From contig JAAFHC010000001.1 of NCBI GenBank assembly GCA_010906935.1, positions 3,157-67,156 on the forward strand: DNA of 64,000 nucleotides. The letters are read 5' to 3'. The stretch is from Gelidibacter sp. GTDB lineage: Bacteria > Bacteroidota > Bacteroidia > Flavobacteriales > Flavobacteriaceae. The notes under the pieces are model-generated. The model worked only from the letters and a program-made list of their open reading frames with translations. It was not told where the DNA came from and ran no database searches. Made by a program: the position numbers and the translations under genes. This document shows, piece by piece, positions 19,772 through 29,295 of this stretch (its first letter is position 1; the number at the start of each line of letters is the position of its first letter).

Positions 19772-19899
19772 ATATAAAATAGTAAATATAAAATATTTAA
19801 AATCAAACATCTAACATTTATAATTTAACATTAACCGTCAATATCTAACTTTTAATATCTAATATCTAACTTTTAATATCTAATATCTAACATCTAACC
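19772..19899. repeat. AT-rich word-repeat array (AATATCTAACTTTTAATATCT units)
   Basis: caatatctaacttttaatatctaatatctaacttttaatatctaatatctaacatctaacc. Same word family as 45621-45660. Confidence 0.8.
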
Positions 19900-19900
19900 A

Positions 19901-20377
19901 ATGAACTATATCAAAAGACAACCAAAAGATTTCATGAAATCATTGCAATTAATTCATTTTTCCTTATTGTTTATAATTGTCGTTTTTGGCGCGTATGTGG
20001 CTTTAAATGCCAGAGACCAATTGTTTTTTTCTTATGAAGAAGATAAAATGTTTTTATATATGGCCATTCTGATTTCTTTTGTAGGAAACTTATCCAGTAA
20101 ATACTTATATGCCAAACTTTTAAAACAAATTCCTGCAGATGCTGATTTGTCACAAAAAGCGGTAAAATATAGCACGGCACATATTTTTAGAGTAGCTATG
20201 TTGGAATTTCCTGCCTTGATGTGCATTATTTTTGTGATGGAATCTAACAATAGTTTCTACTTTATTTTGGTTGGAATATTAATTCTGATGATCCTCGCGG
20301 TTTATCCAACAAAATATAAATTCGCCAATGAAGTTCAGCTTTCATCAAAAGAAAAATCAATGTTAGAAAACCTTTAA
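19901..20377 (+). CDS. Hypothetical 4-TM membrane protein
   Basis: 158 aa with four hydrophobic segments. No motif recognised. Confidence 0.55.
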   Translation: MNYIKRQPKDFMKSLQLIHFSLLFIIVVFGAYVALNARDQLFFSYEEDKMFLYMAILISFVGNLSSKYLYAKLLKQIPADADLSQKAVKYSTAHIFRVAMLEFPALMCIIFVMESNNSFYFILVGILILMILAVYPTKYKFANEVQLSSKEKSMLENL

Positions 20378-20420
20378 ATAGTTTTTTTATTTTTAGATAT
20401 TTGCAAACTAATTTTTAAAG

Positions 20421-21797
20421 ATGGCACAAAAACCAAGCATACCAAAAGGAACACGCGATTTTTCACCTTCCGAAGTGGCAAAAAGAAACTATATATTTTC
20501 AACAATAAAGCAAGTTTTTGAAACCTATGGGTTTCAGCCTATTGAAACGCCAAGTTTTGAAAATTCTGAAACCTTGATGGGAAAATATGGGGAAGAAGGA
20601 GACCGCTTGATTTTTAAAATTTTGAATTCTGGGGATTATTTGAATAAGGTTGATGATGTGTTACTTCAAGCCAAAGACAGTTTAAAAGTGACCTCAAAAA
20701 TTTCAGAAAAAGCATTGCGTTACGACTTAACTGTGCCATTTGCCCGGTATGTGGTGCAGCACCAAAATGAAATAGAATTTCCTTTTAAACGCTACCAAAT
20801 GCAACCTGTTTGGCGTGCCGATCGTCCGCAAAAAGGACGTTTTAGAGAATTTTACCAGTGTGATGCCGATGTGGTTGGAAGCAAAAGTTTGTGGCAGGAA
20901 ATTGAATTTGTGCAATTGTATGATGCCGTTTTTAGTAAATTAAATTTACCTGGAACCACCATTAAATTTAACAATCGTAAAATATTGGCTGGTTTTGCCG
21001 AAATTATTGGCGCGGCAGATAAATTAATCGATTTTACGGTAGCGCTTGATAAATTAGACAAGATTGGTGCCGATGGCGTTGCCAAAGAAATGATGGAAAA
21101 AGGCATTTCTGAACAAGCCATTGAAAAAGTAAAACCTTTATTTAATTTTCACGGAAGCAATCAGGAAAAATTAAACCAATTGCAGGCTTTATTGATCGAA
21201 TCTAAAGAAGGTACTAGCGGCGTGGAAGATTTGCGTTTTGTGGTTGAACATGTTGAAAAATTTGGGTTGGAATCGGCCAAACTGGTAATTGACGTTACTT
21301 TGGCTCGCGGTTTGAATTATTATACTGGTGCTATTTATGAAGTTTCCGCTCCGGAAGGCGTAAATATGGGATCTATTGGCGGTGGCGGAAGGTATGATGA
21401 TTTAACTGGAATATTTGGTTTAAATGATATGAGCGGTGTAGGAATTTCTTTTGGTTTGGACCGTATTTATTTGGTGCTTGAAGAATTAAATTTATTTTCG
21501 GATATTGAGTTGCCAAAACCGAAAGTGCTGTTCATTAATTTTGGTGATGCAGAAGCTGCTTTTTGTATGAAAGCTTTGTTAGCATTGAGAAGAAACAACA
21601 TAAAATCGGAATTGTATCCTGACAGCGCCAAATTAAAGAAGCAAATGAATTATGCCAATAAAAGAGAAATTCCTTTTGTGGTAATGGTTGGCTCTTCAGA
21701 AATTGAAAACAACACTTACACCTTAAAAAATATGCAAAGCGGTGAACAGGAAGTGTGCAGCTTAAAAGAATTAATTAGAATCACGGCGCAACTTTAA
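20421..21797 (+). CDS. hisS: Histidine--tRNA ligase
   Basis: 458 aa. Class II motifs (YQMQPVWRADRPQKGRFREFYQCD, GGGRYD) and a C-terminal anticodon-binding domain. Confidence 0.95.
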   Translation: MAQKPSIPKGTRDFSPSEVAKRNYIFSTIKQVFETYGFQPIETPSFENSETLMGKYGEEGDRLIFKILNSGDYLNKVDDVLLQAKDSLKVTSKISEKALRYDLTVPFARYVVQHQNEIEFPFKRYQMQPVWRADRPQKGRFREFYQCDADVVGSKSLWQEIEFVQLYDAVFSKLNLPGTTIKFNNRKILAGFAEIIGAADKLIDFTVALDKLDKIGADGVAKEMMEKGISEQAIEKVKPLFNFHGSNQEKLNQLQALLIESKEGTSGVEDLRFVVEHVEKFGLESAKLVIDVTLARGLNYYTGAIYEVSAPEGVNMGSIGGGGRYDDLTGIFGLNDMSGVGISFGLDRIYLVLEELNLFSDIELPKPKVLFINFGDAEAAFCMKALLALRRNNIKSELYPDSAKLKKQMNYANKREIPFVVMVGSSEIENNTYTLKNMQSGEQEVCSLKELIRITAQL

Positions 21798-21831
21798 AAT
21801 AAGTTGTAAATTTGCCGTTTAATGAATAAAA

Positions 21832-22527
21832 ATGTTTGAAGGTAAAAACATAATGACAAACAGAATTGATGAAATGGGAGATGATCACGTAGGATCATCT
21901 GCTAAAACGCCTTTGAGAGCTGATGCTTTTGATATTTCAGACCAAGAGAAAATTGCACGAATTCAAGAAAGCGTGAAAGATATTTTGATTACTTTGGGGA
22001 TGGATTTGGATGATGACAGTTTAAAAGGAACCCCAAAAAGAGTCGCAAAATCATTTGTGAATGAACTTTTTGGCGGATTAAATCCGGCCAACAAACCAAA
22101 ATTATCCACGTTCGACAATAATTACAAGTATGGCGAAATGTTGGTTGAAAAAAACATTGTGGTTTATTCCACTTGTGAACATCACTTATTGCCAATTGTT
22201 GGAAGAGCGCATGTGGCTTACATTTCCAACGGAAATGTCATTGGATTGTCCAAAATGAATCGCATTGTTGATTATTATGCAAAACGACCTCAAGTTCAGG
22301 AACGATTAACCATGCAAGTGGTGCAATCGTTGCAGGAAGCATTGGGGACAGATGATGTGGCCTGTGTGATTGACGCCAAACATTTATGTGTGAATTCTCG
22401 TGGTGTTCGCGATATTGAAAGCAGCACCGTAACATCAGAATTCGGTGGTAAATTTAAAGATGAAAATGTTCGCAGGGAGTTTTTGGATTACATAAAAATG
22501 GACACAAATTTTGAGGGCATAAAGTAA
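21832..22527 (+). CDS. folE: GTP cyclohydrolase I (FolE)
   Basis: 231 aa. STCEHHLLP, GLSKMNRIV and RPQVQERLT motifs. Confidence 0.93.
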   Translation: MFEGKNIMTNRIDEMGDDHVGSSAKTPLRADAFDISDQEKIARIQESVKDILITLGMDLDDDSLKGTPKRVAKSFVNELFGGLNPANKPKLSTFDNNYKYGEMLVEKNIVVYSTCEHHLLPIVGRAHVAYISNGNVIGLSKMNRIVDYYAKRPQVQERLTMQVVQSLQEALGTDDVACVIDAKHLCVNSRGVRDIESSTVTSEFGGKFKDENVRREFLDYIKMDTNFEGIK

Positions 22528-22544
22528 AACAAATAAATTATAGC

Positions 22545-22574
22545 TAAAAAAGCATCCATTTGGGTGCTTTTTTA
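22545..22574. terminator. Bidirectional hairpin terminator between folE and the DUF2752 gene
   Basis: A6, then agcatcc attt gggtgct (one G-U pair), then T6. Confidence 0.7.
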
Positions 22575-22967
22575 GTTTGGCGCCAGTAAATTAAATGGAT
22601 AAATAGGAATATTTCGAAGTATCCAAAAAACAACAATAATGGCCAAAATTATCAAAGGTGTTTTAGGATGATACACATAATTGTAAATATTTTTTTTGAA
22701 TAATGAATTAATGCCTGTAACAACGAAGTGGTAACCCAATATCAATAAACTTATTAAATACAAAACGTTCTGTTGTAAAACGCCAAAAATATTAAAATTC
22801 AATAGATGATGGGTTGCGCGTTGGCTTCCGCATCCCGGACAATAAAAACCTGTGACACTATATAAAGGGCATTTAGGAAGAAAATTAACTTCTTTTGGAT
22901 TGATGAAATAATAAAAAATCACCAAACCTATTACACTAACAACAATGACTACATGTTTAATTTTCAT
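22572..22967 (-). CDS. DUF2752 domain membrane protein
   Basis: 131 aa. The CPLYSVTGFYCPGCGSQRATHHLL motif is characteristic of DUF2752. Confidence 0.8.
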   Translation of the reverse strand: MKIKHVVIVVSVIGLVIFYYFINPKEVNFLPKCPLYSVTGFYCPGCGSQRATHHLLNFNIFGVLQQNVLYLISLLILGYHFVVTGINSLFKKNIYNYVYHPKTPLIILAIIVVFWILRNIPIYPFNLLAPN

Positions 22968-22980
22968 TCAAAAAAAATTG

Positions 22981-23247
22981 TCAAAAATCTCCCATTAAAG
23001 CCAATCCTCCCAAAGCGAAAACAAAAATAATGTAAAGAAGTCCGATGATAAGACTTGAAATGATTCCCCAAGTCATCCATTTCTGGGCTTCTCTGGAAGA
23101 TTTAAGAGCGCCTTCATAATCCCCCAAGTTAAACTTGGTGTTAACTTCTGCTGCAAACACAATTCCTGCAATTCCGAAAGGCAAACAGCAAAATATGGTC
23201 ACTAAAATAGATTCTATCAAGTAATTTTTTGGCCTATTTTGATTCAT
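22981..23247 (-). CDS. CD225/dispanin-family small membrane protein (IFITM-like fold)
   Basis: 88 aa. NYLIESILVTIFCCLPFGIAGIVFAAEV, then an amphipathic loop, then a second TM. Confidence 0.8.
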   Translation of the reverse strand: MNQNRPKNYLIESILVTIFCCLPFGIAGIVFAAEVNTKFNLGDYEGALKSSREAQKWMTWGIISSLIIGLLYIIFVFALGGLALMGDF

Positions 23248-23480
23248 ATTAATTTTTAATTTTGTTTTAAAATATAAAGAACTAAAGTATAAAAAATTAA
23301 ATAGAATAATGGTTTTGCTAAAAATATGTTGAATTGTAAAGGCTATTTCTTAACTTCTGAAAACTTTTCTGATTTAAAAAAATGGATTGGTTGTAATGAC
23401 AGCAGTTTATGGCCTAAATATATTTCTGAACAATTTTATTGTTATAACTTTGTTTGATCATTTAAATTAAATTTAAGCAT

Positions 23481-24044
23481 ATGGATTTTAAAGTTGGGGA
23501 CAAAATTGCTGTTATTGACGATGTTATAAAAGGAAAAGTAACCGAGGTGCATCCCACTAAAATTGTAGTTGAAGATGAGGACGGATTTTCTTATGAATAT
23601 GCGCCAAAAGAATTGGTCATCATTACAGAAAATCAGAAAGAGCTATCTAAATTCAGCGACATTGACAATGAATATCTTTCAGAAAAAATAAATGAAACTT
23701 CTTCCAGGAAACACGCGCCACAGTTTAAAACAAACCTGAAGCCAGATAAGTTGCCGCCTATGGAAGTTGATTTACATATCAATCAGCTTACAGCTTCAAC
23801 AAAGGGAATGGACAATTACGATATGTTGACGCTTCAGTTGGAAACAGCCAAACATAAATTGGAATTTGCCATAAAAAACAGGATTCCAAAAATAGTTTTT
23901 ATTCACGGAATGGGCGCAGGCGTTTTAAAAACAGAATTGGAATTTTTATTTAAAAAATACAATGTTTATTGGAATGATGCTTCCTTTCAAAAGTATGGTT
24001 TGGGCGCAACAGAAGTTGTCATTTACCAAAACCCTAAAAATTAG
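23481..24044 (+). CDS. Smr domain-containing protein
   Basis: 187 aa. The C-terminal Smr domain begins MEVDLHINQL and contains IVFIHGMGAGVLK. Confidence 0.8.
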   Translation: MDFKVGDKIAVIDDVIKGKVTEVHPTKIVVEDEDGFSYEYAPKELVIITENQKELSKFSDIDNEYLSEKINETSSRKHAPQFKTNLKPDKLPPMEVDLHINQLTASTKGMDNYDMLTLQLETAKHKLEFAIKNRIPKIVFIHGMGAGVLKTELEFLFKKYNVYWNDASFQKYGLGATEVVIYQNPKN

Positions 24045-24526
24045 TTTTTAATCTCTAATTTTCCAAAATTAAAGCTTTCAAAGAAAATACGCTCTTTACC
24101 ATCATTAAATGATAATTTTGAAATGGTAATTTCATGGGAATAACCAGTTATAACACTGTCTTTCAAAACTTCTGAAGTTGTGATGTTTATCGTTCCTCCG
24201 TCGGCTTTTAGTTCTTTTATAATTTTAGGTTCGGAAGGAGGAATTGCCTGACAAAAATAAGTAGTTCCAATAGCTTTGTCGAAAATCCGATAGGTTGCCG
24301 TAACTGTTGCTAAAATAGGAATCGCCTGCACTTTAGGAATGGTATCAATTGCGATTTTAGGAAGCGTTAAAACCAAAACTTCAGTTTTCTCTGTGCTTGT
24401 TATGTATAAAACATATTCTCCGCATTTATTCACTGTTTCCGTAAATTCAAAGACAGGAACATCAAAATCCCCATCATTGCAAGCATTTAGGGTGAACGCT
24501 AATAAGAGTATCAATAATTTCTTCAT
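24041..24526 (-). CDS. Hypothetical lipoprotein
   Basis: Start moved to the internal ATG (MKKLLILLLAFTLNAC), which gives a signal peptide plus lipobox. No domain recognised. Confidence 0.6.
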   Translation of the reverse strand: MKKLLILLLAFTLNACNDGDFDVPVFEFTETVNKCGEYVLYITSTEKTEVLVLTLPKIAIDTIPKVQAIPILATVTATYRIFDKAIGTTYFCQAIPPSEPKIIKELKADGGTINITTSEVLKDSVITGYSHEITISKLSFNDGKERIFFESFNFGKLEIKN

Positions 24527-24610
24527 AAGTAATAATTTCAACGCAAAAATAACAGTTTTAGGCAAGTCAGCACCAATTGAAACCAACTATTTTATTTACT
24601 TTTGCTTTTA

Positions 24611-25747
24611 ATGAAAACAATATACTTAGATAACGCTGCCACAACACCCATATTGCTCGAAGTTATTGATGTCATATCAATCGAAATGGCCAATGTTTAT
24701 GGGAATCCGTCATCAATTCATCACGTTGGGCGAAAGGCTAAATCTATGGTTGAAACTGCCCGTATAAATATTGCCAAACATTTTAATGCTTCAGCCCAGG
24801 AAATAGTTTTTACGGCTGGCGGAAGTGAAGCAGACAATTTAATTCTAAGAAATGCCGTTACCAATTTAGGCGTTACCACCATTATTTTATCCAAAATTGA
24901 GCATCATGCCGTTTTGCATACTATGGAAAACCTTAAAAAGGAATTTGATATTAGTGTTAAATTTGTTGATTTAGATGAAAGCGGAAATGTGAATTATGCG
25001 CATTTAGAACAGCTGCTTCAAGAATCCGATGAAAAGAAATTGGTTAGTTTAATGCACGTTAATAATGAAATAGGAAATATTTTAAACCTTAAAAAAGTTT
25101 CGGAAATGAGTATCGCCAACAATGCTTTATTTCATTCTGATGCGGTACAAGGTGTTGGTCATTTTAATATAGACCTAAAGGAAATTCCCCTTGATTTTTT
25201 TGTGGCAAGCGCCCATAAATTTCACGGACCAAAAGGGGTTGGATTTGCCTACATAAAAAGAGGATTTGGTATTCATCCAATTTTACATGGGGGCGAGCAG
25301 GAGCGTGGCGCCAGAGCAGGTACAGAAAATGTGCACAGCATTTTAGGTATGGAAAAAGCGCTGGAAATTTCATGTTTGAATATGCAGGAGGAATCGGCTT
25401 ATATCCAACAACTTAAAAATTATTTTATAGAAAAATTGAAGCAAAATTTTAAAGGAATTGAATTCAACGGCGCATCAGCAAGTGAAACGGACAGCAGTTA
25501 TACTATTTTAAATGTTCGGTTCCCAAAAGAATATGTGATGCTGCTTTTTAATTTAGATTTAAAAGGTATTGCAGTTTCTGGCGGAAGCGCCTGCCAGAGT
25601 GGAAGCAATATGGGTTCACACGTATTGCACGCCATTTTACCTGAAAAAGAAGCTATAAAAACTTCTGTTCGATTTTCTTTCAGTAAATTTAATACCACGG
25701 AAGAAATTGATTATGTAATTTTTTCACTCATAAAACTGATCAATTAG
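24611..25747 (+). CDS. Cysteine desulfurase (NifS/IscS-like, class V aminotransferase)
   Basis: IYLDNAATTP, PLP-lysine context SAHKFHGPKG and active-site Cys in SGGSACQSGS. The ATG at 24611 is preferred over the TTG at 24602. Confidence 0.9.
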   Translation: MKTIYLDNAATTPILLEVIDVISIEMANVYGNPSSIHHVGRKAKSMVETARINIAKHFNASAQEIVFTAGGSEADNLILRNAVTNLGVTTIILSKIEHHAVLHTMENLKKEFDISVKFVDLDESGNVNYAHLEQLLQESDEKKLVSLMHVNNEIGNILNLKKVSEMSIANNALFHSDAVQGVGHFNIDLKEIPLDFFVASAHKFHGPKGVGFAYIKRGFGIHPILHGGEQERGARAGTENVHSILGMEKALEISCLNMQEESAYIQQLKNYFIEKLKQNFKGIEFNGASASETDSSYTILNVRFPKEYVMLLFNLDLKGIAVSGGSACQSGSNMGSHVLHAILPEKEAIKTSVRFSFSKFNTTEEIDYVIFSLIKLIN

Positions 25748-26716
25748 ATGCTAAATTATCCCATAAAGTTTTATCCGATTTTAAAAGAAAAAATTTGGGG
25801 CGGAACAAAATTAGCCACCAAACTCAATAAAAAATCAACCTTAAAAAATGTAGGTGAAAGTTGGGAACTGTCTGATGTTGAAGATAATATTTCTATAGTT
25901 TCAAATGGAAAATTGATAGGGAAAACCTTGCGGGAATTATTGGAAACCTATAAAGCGGAATTGATTGGAGAAAATAATTATGCGCATTTTGGAAACAATT
26001 TTCCGTTGCTGATAAAATTTATTGACGCAAAAGAAGATTTGTCAGTTCAGGTGCATCCGAATGATGAACTTGCAAAAAAATTGCACAATTCTTTTGGTAA
26101 GACTGAAATGTGGTACATTATGCAAGTTGATTCAGGTTCCAAACTTATTGTGGGATTTAAAAAGGAAATCACGCCAAATCAATATCTAAATTATGTCGCT
26201 GAAAAGAAAATACCCTCAATTTTAAATTATGAAAAGGTAAAAGCCGGTGATGCTTTTTTTATTGAACCTGGAACCGTTCACACCATCGGTGCAGGCATTT
26301 TGTTGGCTGAAATTCAACAAACATCAGACATTACCTATAGAATTTACGATTGGGATAGGGTAGATGATCTTGGAAATTCGAGAGCATTGCATACCGATTT
26401 GGCCATTGAAGCCATTAATTTCAGTGATAAAATTGAGGCGAAGCACAGCTATTCCACCTTTATAAATTCATTGAACACGATTGTTAAATGTGTGTATTTT
26501 ACAACTAATTTTATACACGTTGTTGGAGAAAAAGAATTGGATTATGGGGAAACAGATTCTTTCGTTGTTTTTATGTGTGTACTGGGAAAGGCAACAATTT
26601 CAATGGGAGAATATTCAGAAACTATTAATTATGGTGAAACAATTTTGATTCCGGCGACTGCGGCAAAAGTGGTGATAGCCTCAAAAAATTGTAAATTGTT
26701 AGAAGTAACTGTTTAA
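25748..26716 (+). CDS. manA: Type I phosphomannose isomerase (mannose-6-phosphate isomerase)
   Basis: 322 aa. FPLLIKFIDAKEDLSVQVHPND, KTEMWYIM and GTVHTIGAGI (cupin metal ligands). Confidence 0.85.
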   Translation: MLNYPIKFYPILKEKIWGGTKLATKLNKKSTLKNVGESWELSDVEDNISIVSNGKLIGKTLRELLETYKAELIGENNYAHFGNNFPLLIKFIDAKEDLSVQVHPNDELAKKLHNSFGKTEMWYIMQVDSGSKLIVGFKKEITPNQYLNYVAEKKIPSILNYEKVKAGDAFFIEPGTVHTIGAGILLAEIQQTSDITYRIYDWDRVDDLGNSRALHTDLAIEAINFSDKIEAKHSYSTFINSLNTIVKCVYFTTNFIHVVGEKELDYGETDSFVVFMCVLGKATISMGEYSETINYGETILIPATAAKVVIASKNCKLLEVTV

Positions 26717-27714
26717 ATGATATTCACTTCAATTTCAAGCGAAATCTTAAATGTTTCCAGCACTTTTTGTTGAATTTTTTGTGCCAAATCATAAATTTCT
26801 TTTCCGCTAGCGTTATTGTAATTCACCAAAACCAAAGCCTGTTTTTCGTGCACGCCGGCATCTCCAAAACGCTTTCCTTTAAATCCGCATTGTTCAATTA
26901 ACCAACCGGCCGGAATTTTTATTTCTTCTTCAGAAATGATATAATGAGGAATTTCAGGATACTTTTTGGCCAGTTCAATAAATAAATCGGAGGTGACTAC
27001 CGGGTTCTTAAAAAAGCTGCCGCTGTTTCCAATTTTCTTAGGATCAGGAAGTTTGCTTTGTCTAATAGCAATTACTGCATCTGCAATTTCTTTGATGGAA
27101 GGATTTTCTTTATCAGATAACAAATCTTTTATGGCTCCGTATGAAATATTGATGTTGTGATTTTTTTTGGTGAGCTGAAACGTAACATTAATAATAATAT
27201 ATTTTCCCTTTAACCCATTTTTAAAAACGGAATTCCGATACTCAAAATCACAATCTGCATTTGTGAAAATTTTTGTTTTGCCCGTTTCGATGTTAATGGC
27301 TTCCAATTGCTGAAAAACATCTTTAATTTCAACGCCGTAAGCGCCAATATTTTGAATGGGCGAAGTGCCCACATTTCCCGGAATCAAAGCCAAATTTTCC
27401 AGTCCGCCATAGTTTTGTGAAACACACCAAAGCACCAATTCGTGCCAATTTTCACCGGCTTCCGCAGTTACTAAAACTTCTTCAGCACCCAAATCATTTA
27501 CAATAATTCCTTTGGTGTTTAAGTGAATCACCAATTTTTCAACATCTTTAGTCAACAAAATATTGCTTCCGCCGCCCAACAAAAAAATAGCTTTTTCAGA
27601 AGCAAGTATTTCTTTTAATTCTTTGACGGAATTTACAGAGACAAAACGTTTGGCATTTGCTTGAATGCCAAACGTGTTGTAAGGTTTTAACGATATGTTT
27701 TGTTGAATTTTCAA
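26713..27714 (-). CDS. murB: UDP-N-acetylmuramate dehydrogenase
   Basis: 333 aa. KPYNTFGI, GGGSNIL, GLENLALIPG and SGSFFKNP motifs. The start is TTG (27712-27714). The nearby ATG at 27723-27725, supplied by repeat copy C, is out of frame and stops after 4 codons. Confidence 0.92.
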   Translation of the reverse strand: MKIQQNISLKPYNTFGIQANAKRFVSVNSVKELKEILASEKAIFLLGGGSNILLTKDVEKLVIHLNTKGIIVNDLGAEEVLVTAEAGENWHELVLWCVSQNYGGLENLALIPGNVGTSPIQNIGAYGVEIKDVFQQLEAINIETGKTKIFTNADCDFEYRNSVFKNGLKGKYIIINVTFQLTKKNHNINISYGAIKDLLSDKENPSIKEIADAVIAIRQSKLPDPKKIGNSGSFFKNPVVTSDLFIELAKKYPEIPHYIISEEEIKIPAGWLIEQCGFKGKRFGDAGVHEKQALVLVNYNNASGKEIYDLAQKIQQKVLETFKISLEIEVNII

Positions 27715-27718
27715 CTAT

Positions 27719-27815
27719 TTTTCATCTGTTTAAATTTTATTTTCTAGCGGTAACAGCTGCTGTTCGCCATTAAGCATTCCTTTATGAATCAAAATTTGTT
27801 ATGCTCGTTTCGTTG
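27719..27815 (+). repeat. Dispersed structured intergenic element, copy C
   Basis: ttttcatctgtttaaattttattttctagcggtaacagctgctgttcgccattaagcattcctttatgaatcaaaatttgttatgctcgtttcgttg. Its right third encodes the last ~11 codons of the aminotransferase ORF on the opposite strand. Confidence 0.85.
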
Positions 27816-28996
27816 TATTTTTTGATGGCTGCTTTTAATATTTCTACGGATCGAATTAGATCCTCTTTTTTAAGCACATAAGCTATTCGAACTTGTTTGG
27901 TTCCAAATCCTTTGGTGGAATAAAATCCGGCCGCAGGAGCCACCATAATTGTTTGATTGTCCAAATTAAAATCTTCCAACAACCATTGCGCAAATTTATC
28001 GGCATCATCTACAGGAAGTTCAGCAACACAATAGAAAGCGCCTTTGGGTGTGGCCACTTTTACGCCTTCAATTTTATTCATTTCAGCAATTAAAATATCT
28101 CTTCTGGCTTTATATTCAACAATCACCTCATCAAAATAGGATTGTGGTGTTTCCAAAGCGGCCTCACTGGCGATTTGTTCAAATGTTGGCGGACTTAACC
28201 TTGCCTGTGCAAATTTTAAAACCGTGCTGATGACTTCTTTATTTTTACTCACCAAACAGCCAATTCTTGCGCCACACATGCTGTATCGTTTAGAAACGGA
28301 ATCAATAATAATGGCGTGTTCATCTAATCCAAAACCGCTTAAAACAGATTGGTATTCTTCATTGTCATAGATAAATTCCCTGTAAACCTCATCGGCAATC
28401 AAAAATAAATCGTGTTTTTTTACAATCTCAGCCAGTTTTTGAATTTCTTCTTTGGAATACAAATAGCCGGTTGGATTGTTGGGATTACAAATTAAAATGG
28501 CTTTGGTTTTTGAAGAAATCAATTTTTCAAATGCTGAAATTGGTGGCAAAGCAAAATTATCTTCAATTTTTGAAATCACCGGAACAATTTTCACGCCAGA
28601 AGCCGTTGAAAAACCAAGGTAATTTGCATAAAATGGTTCAGGAATGATAATTTCATCATCAGGATCTGTAATGCTTCCCATAGCGAACAATAAAGCTTCT
28701 GAACCGCCGGTAGTGACAATAATTTCATCAGAAGTTACAGGAATATTTCTTTTTGTATAATAATTTGCAATTTTTTTGCGGTATTCTTCAGAGCCTTCAG
28801 AACGGCTGTAAGCAAGCACTTCGACAGTGTTATTTTTTACGGCATCTAGTGCTACTTTTGGGGTTTTTATATCAGGCTGCCCAATATTCAAATGAAAAAC
28901 TTTTATTCCTCTTTTTTTAGCATCTTCAGCATAAGGAACCAATTTTCTAATTGGAGATTCGGGCATAGTTGCACCTTTAATTGAGATTGTTGGCAT
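27782..28996 (-). CDS. PLP-dependent aminotransferase, class I/II (aspartate aminotransferase-like)
   Basis: MPESPIRKL, NPNNPTG and PLP-lysine in SVSKRYSMCGARIG. The ATG at 28996 is preferred over the upstream TTG at 29026. Confidence 0.88.
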   Translation of the reverse strand: MPTISIKGATMPESPIRKLVPYAEDAKKRGIKVFHLNIGQPDIKTPKVALDAVKNNTVEVLAYSRSEGSEEYRKKIANYYTKRNIPVTSDEIIVTTGGSEALLFAMGSITDPDDEIIIPEPFYANYLGFSTASGVKIVPVISKIEDNFALPPISAFEKLISSKTKAILICNPNNPTGYLYSKEEIQKLAEIVKKHDLFLIADEVYREFIYDNEEYQSVLSGFGLDEHAIIIDSVSKRYSMCGARIGCLVSKNKEVISTVLKFAQARLSPPTFEQIASEAALETPQSYFDEVIVEYKARRDILIAEMNKIEGVKVATPKGAFYCVAELPVDDADKFAQWLLEDFNLDNQTIMVAPAAGFYSTKGFGTKQVRIAYVLKKEDLIRSVEILKAAIKKYNETSITNFDS

Positions 28997-29295
28997 TGTA
29001 AATTGTTTATAAATAGTTACCTGCAAAATTGCGAAATATATTTTGAAAATGATTGTTTTTTGGCGGATTTGTTACTGCTTAAAACAGCAAATATGAAATC
29101 AATTTAAGAGGTGGAAAAAAAATGATAAAGTTTGAAATGTTATTTATGAATAAAAAAGTGTATTTTCAACTTTATGAATGCAATTGCTCTAAATAGCTAT
29201 ATTTGTTTTCAATTTTAATTTTTACAATGTTTATATAAATAACGACAAAAATGAATAGAAAGTTTGTTATTTGCCTTTATAAAGCAAGCAAAAAA

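Noticed and set aside
29122-29196. 24-codon ORF preceded by a Shine-Dalgarno-like AAGAGGTGG upstream of the GH20 gene
   Set aside because: It is very short, has no recognisable features, and Bacteroidota generally do not rely on SD pairing. The purine run may be coincidental.
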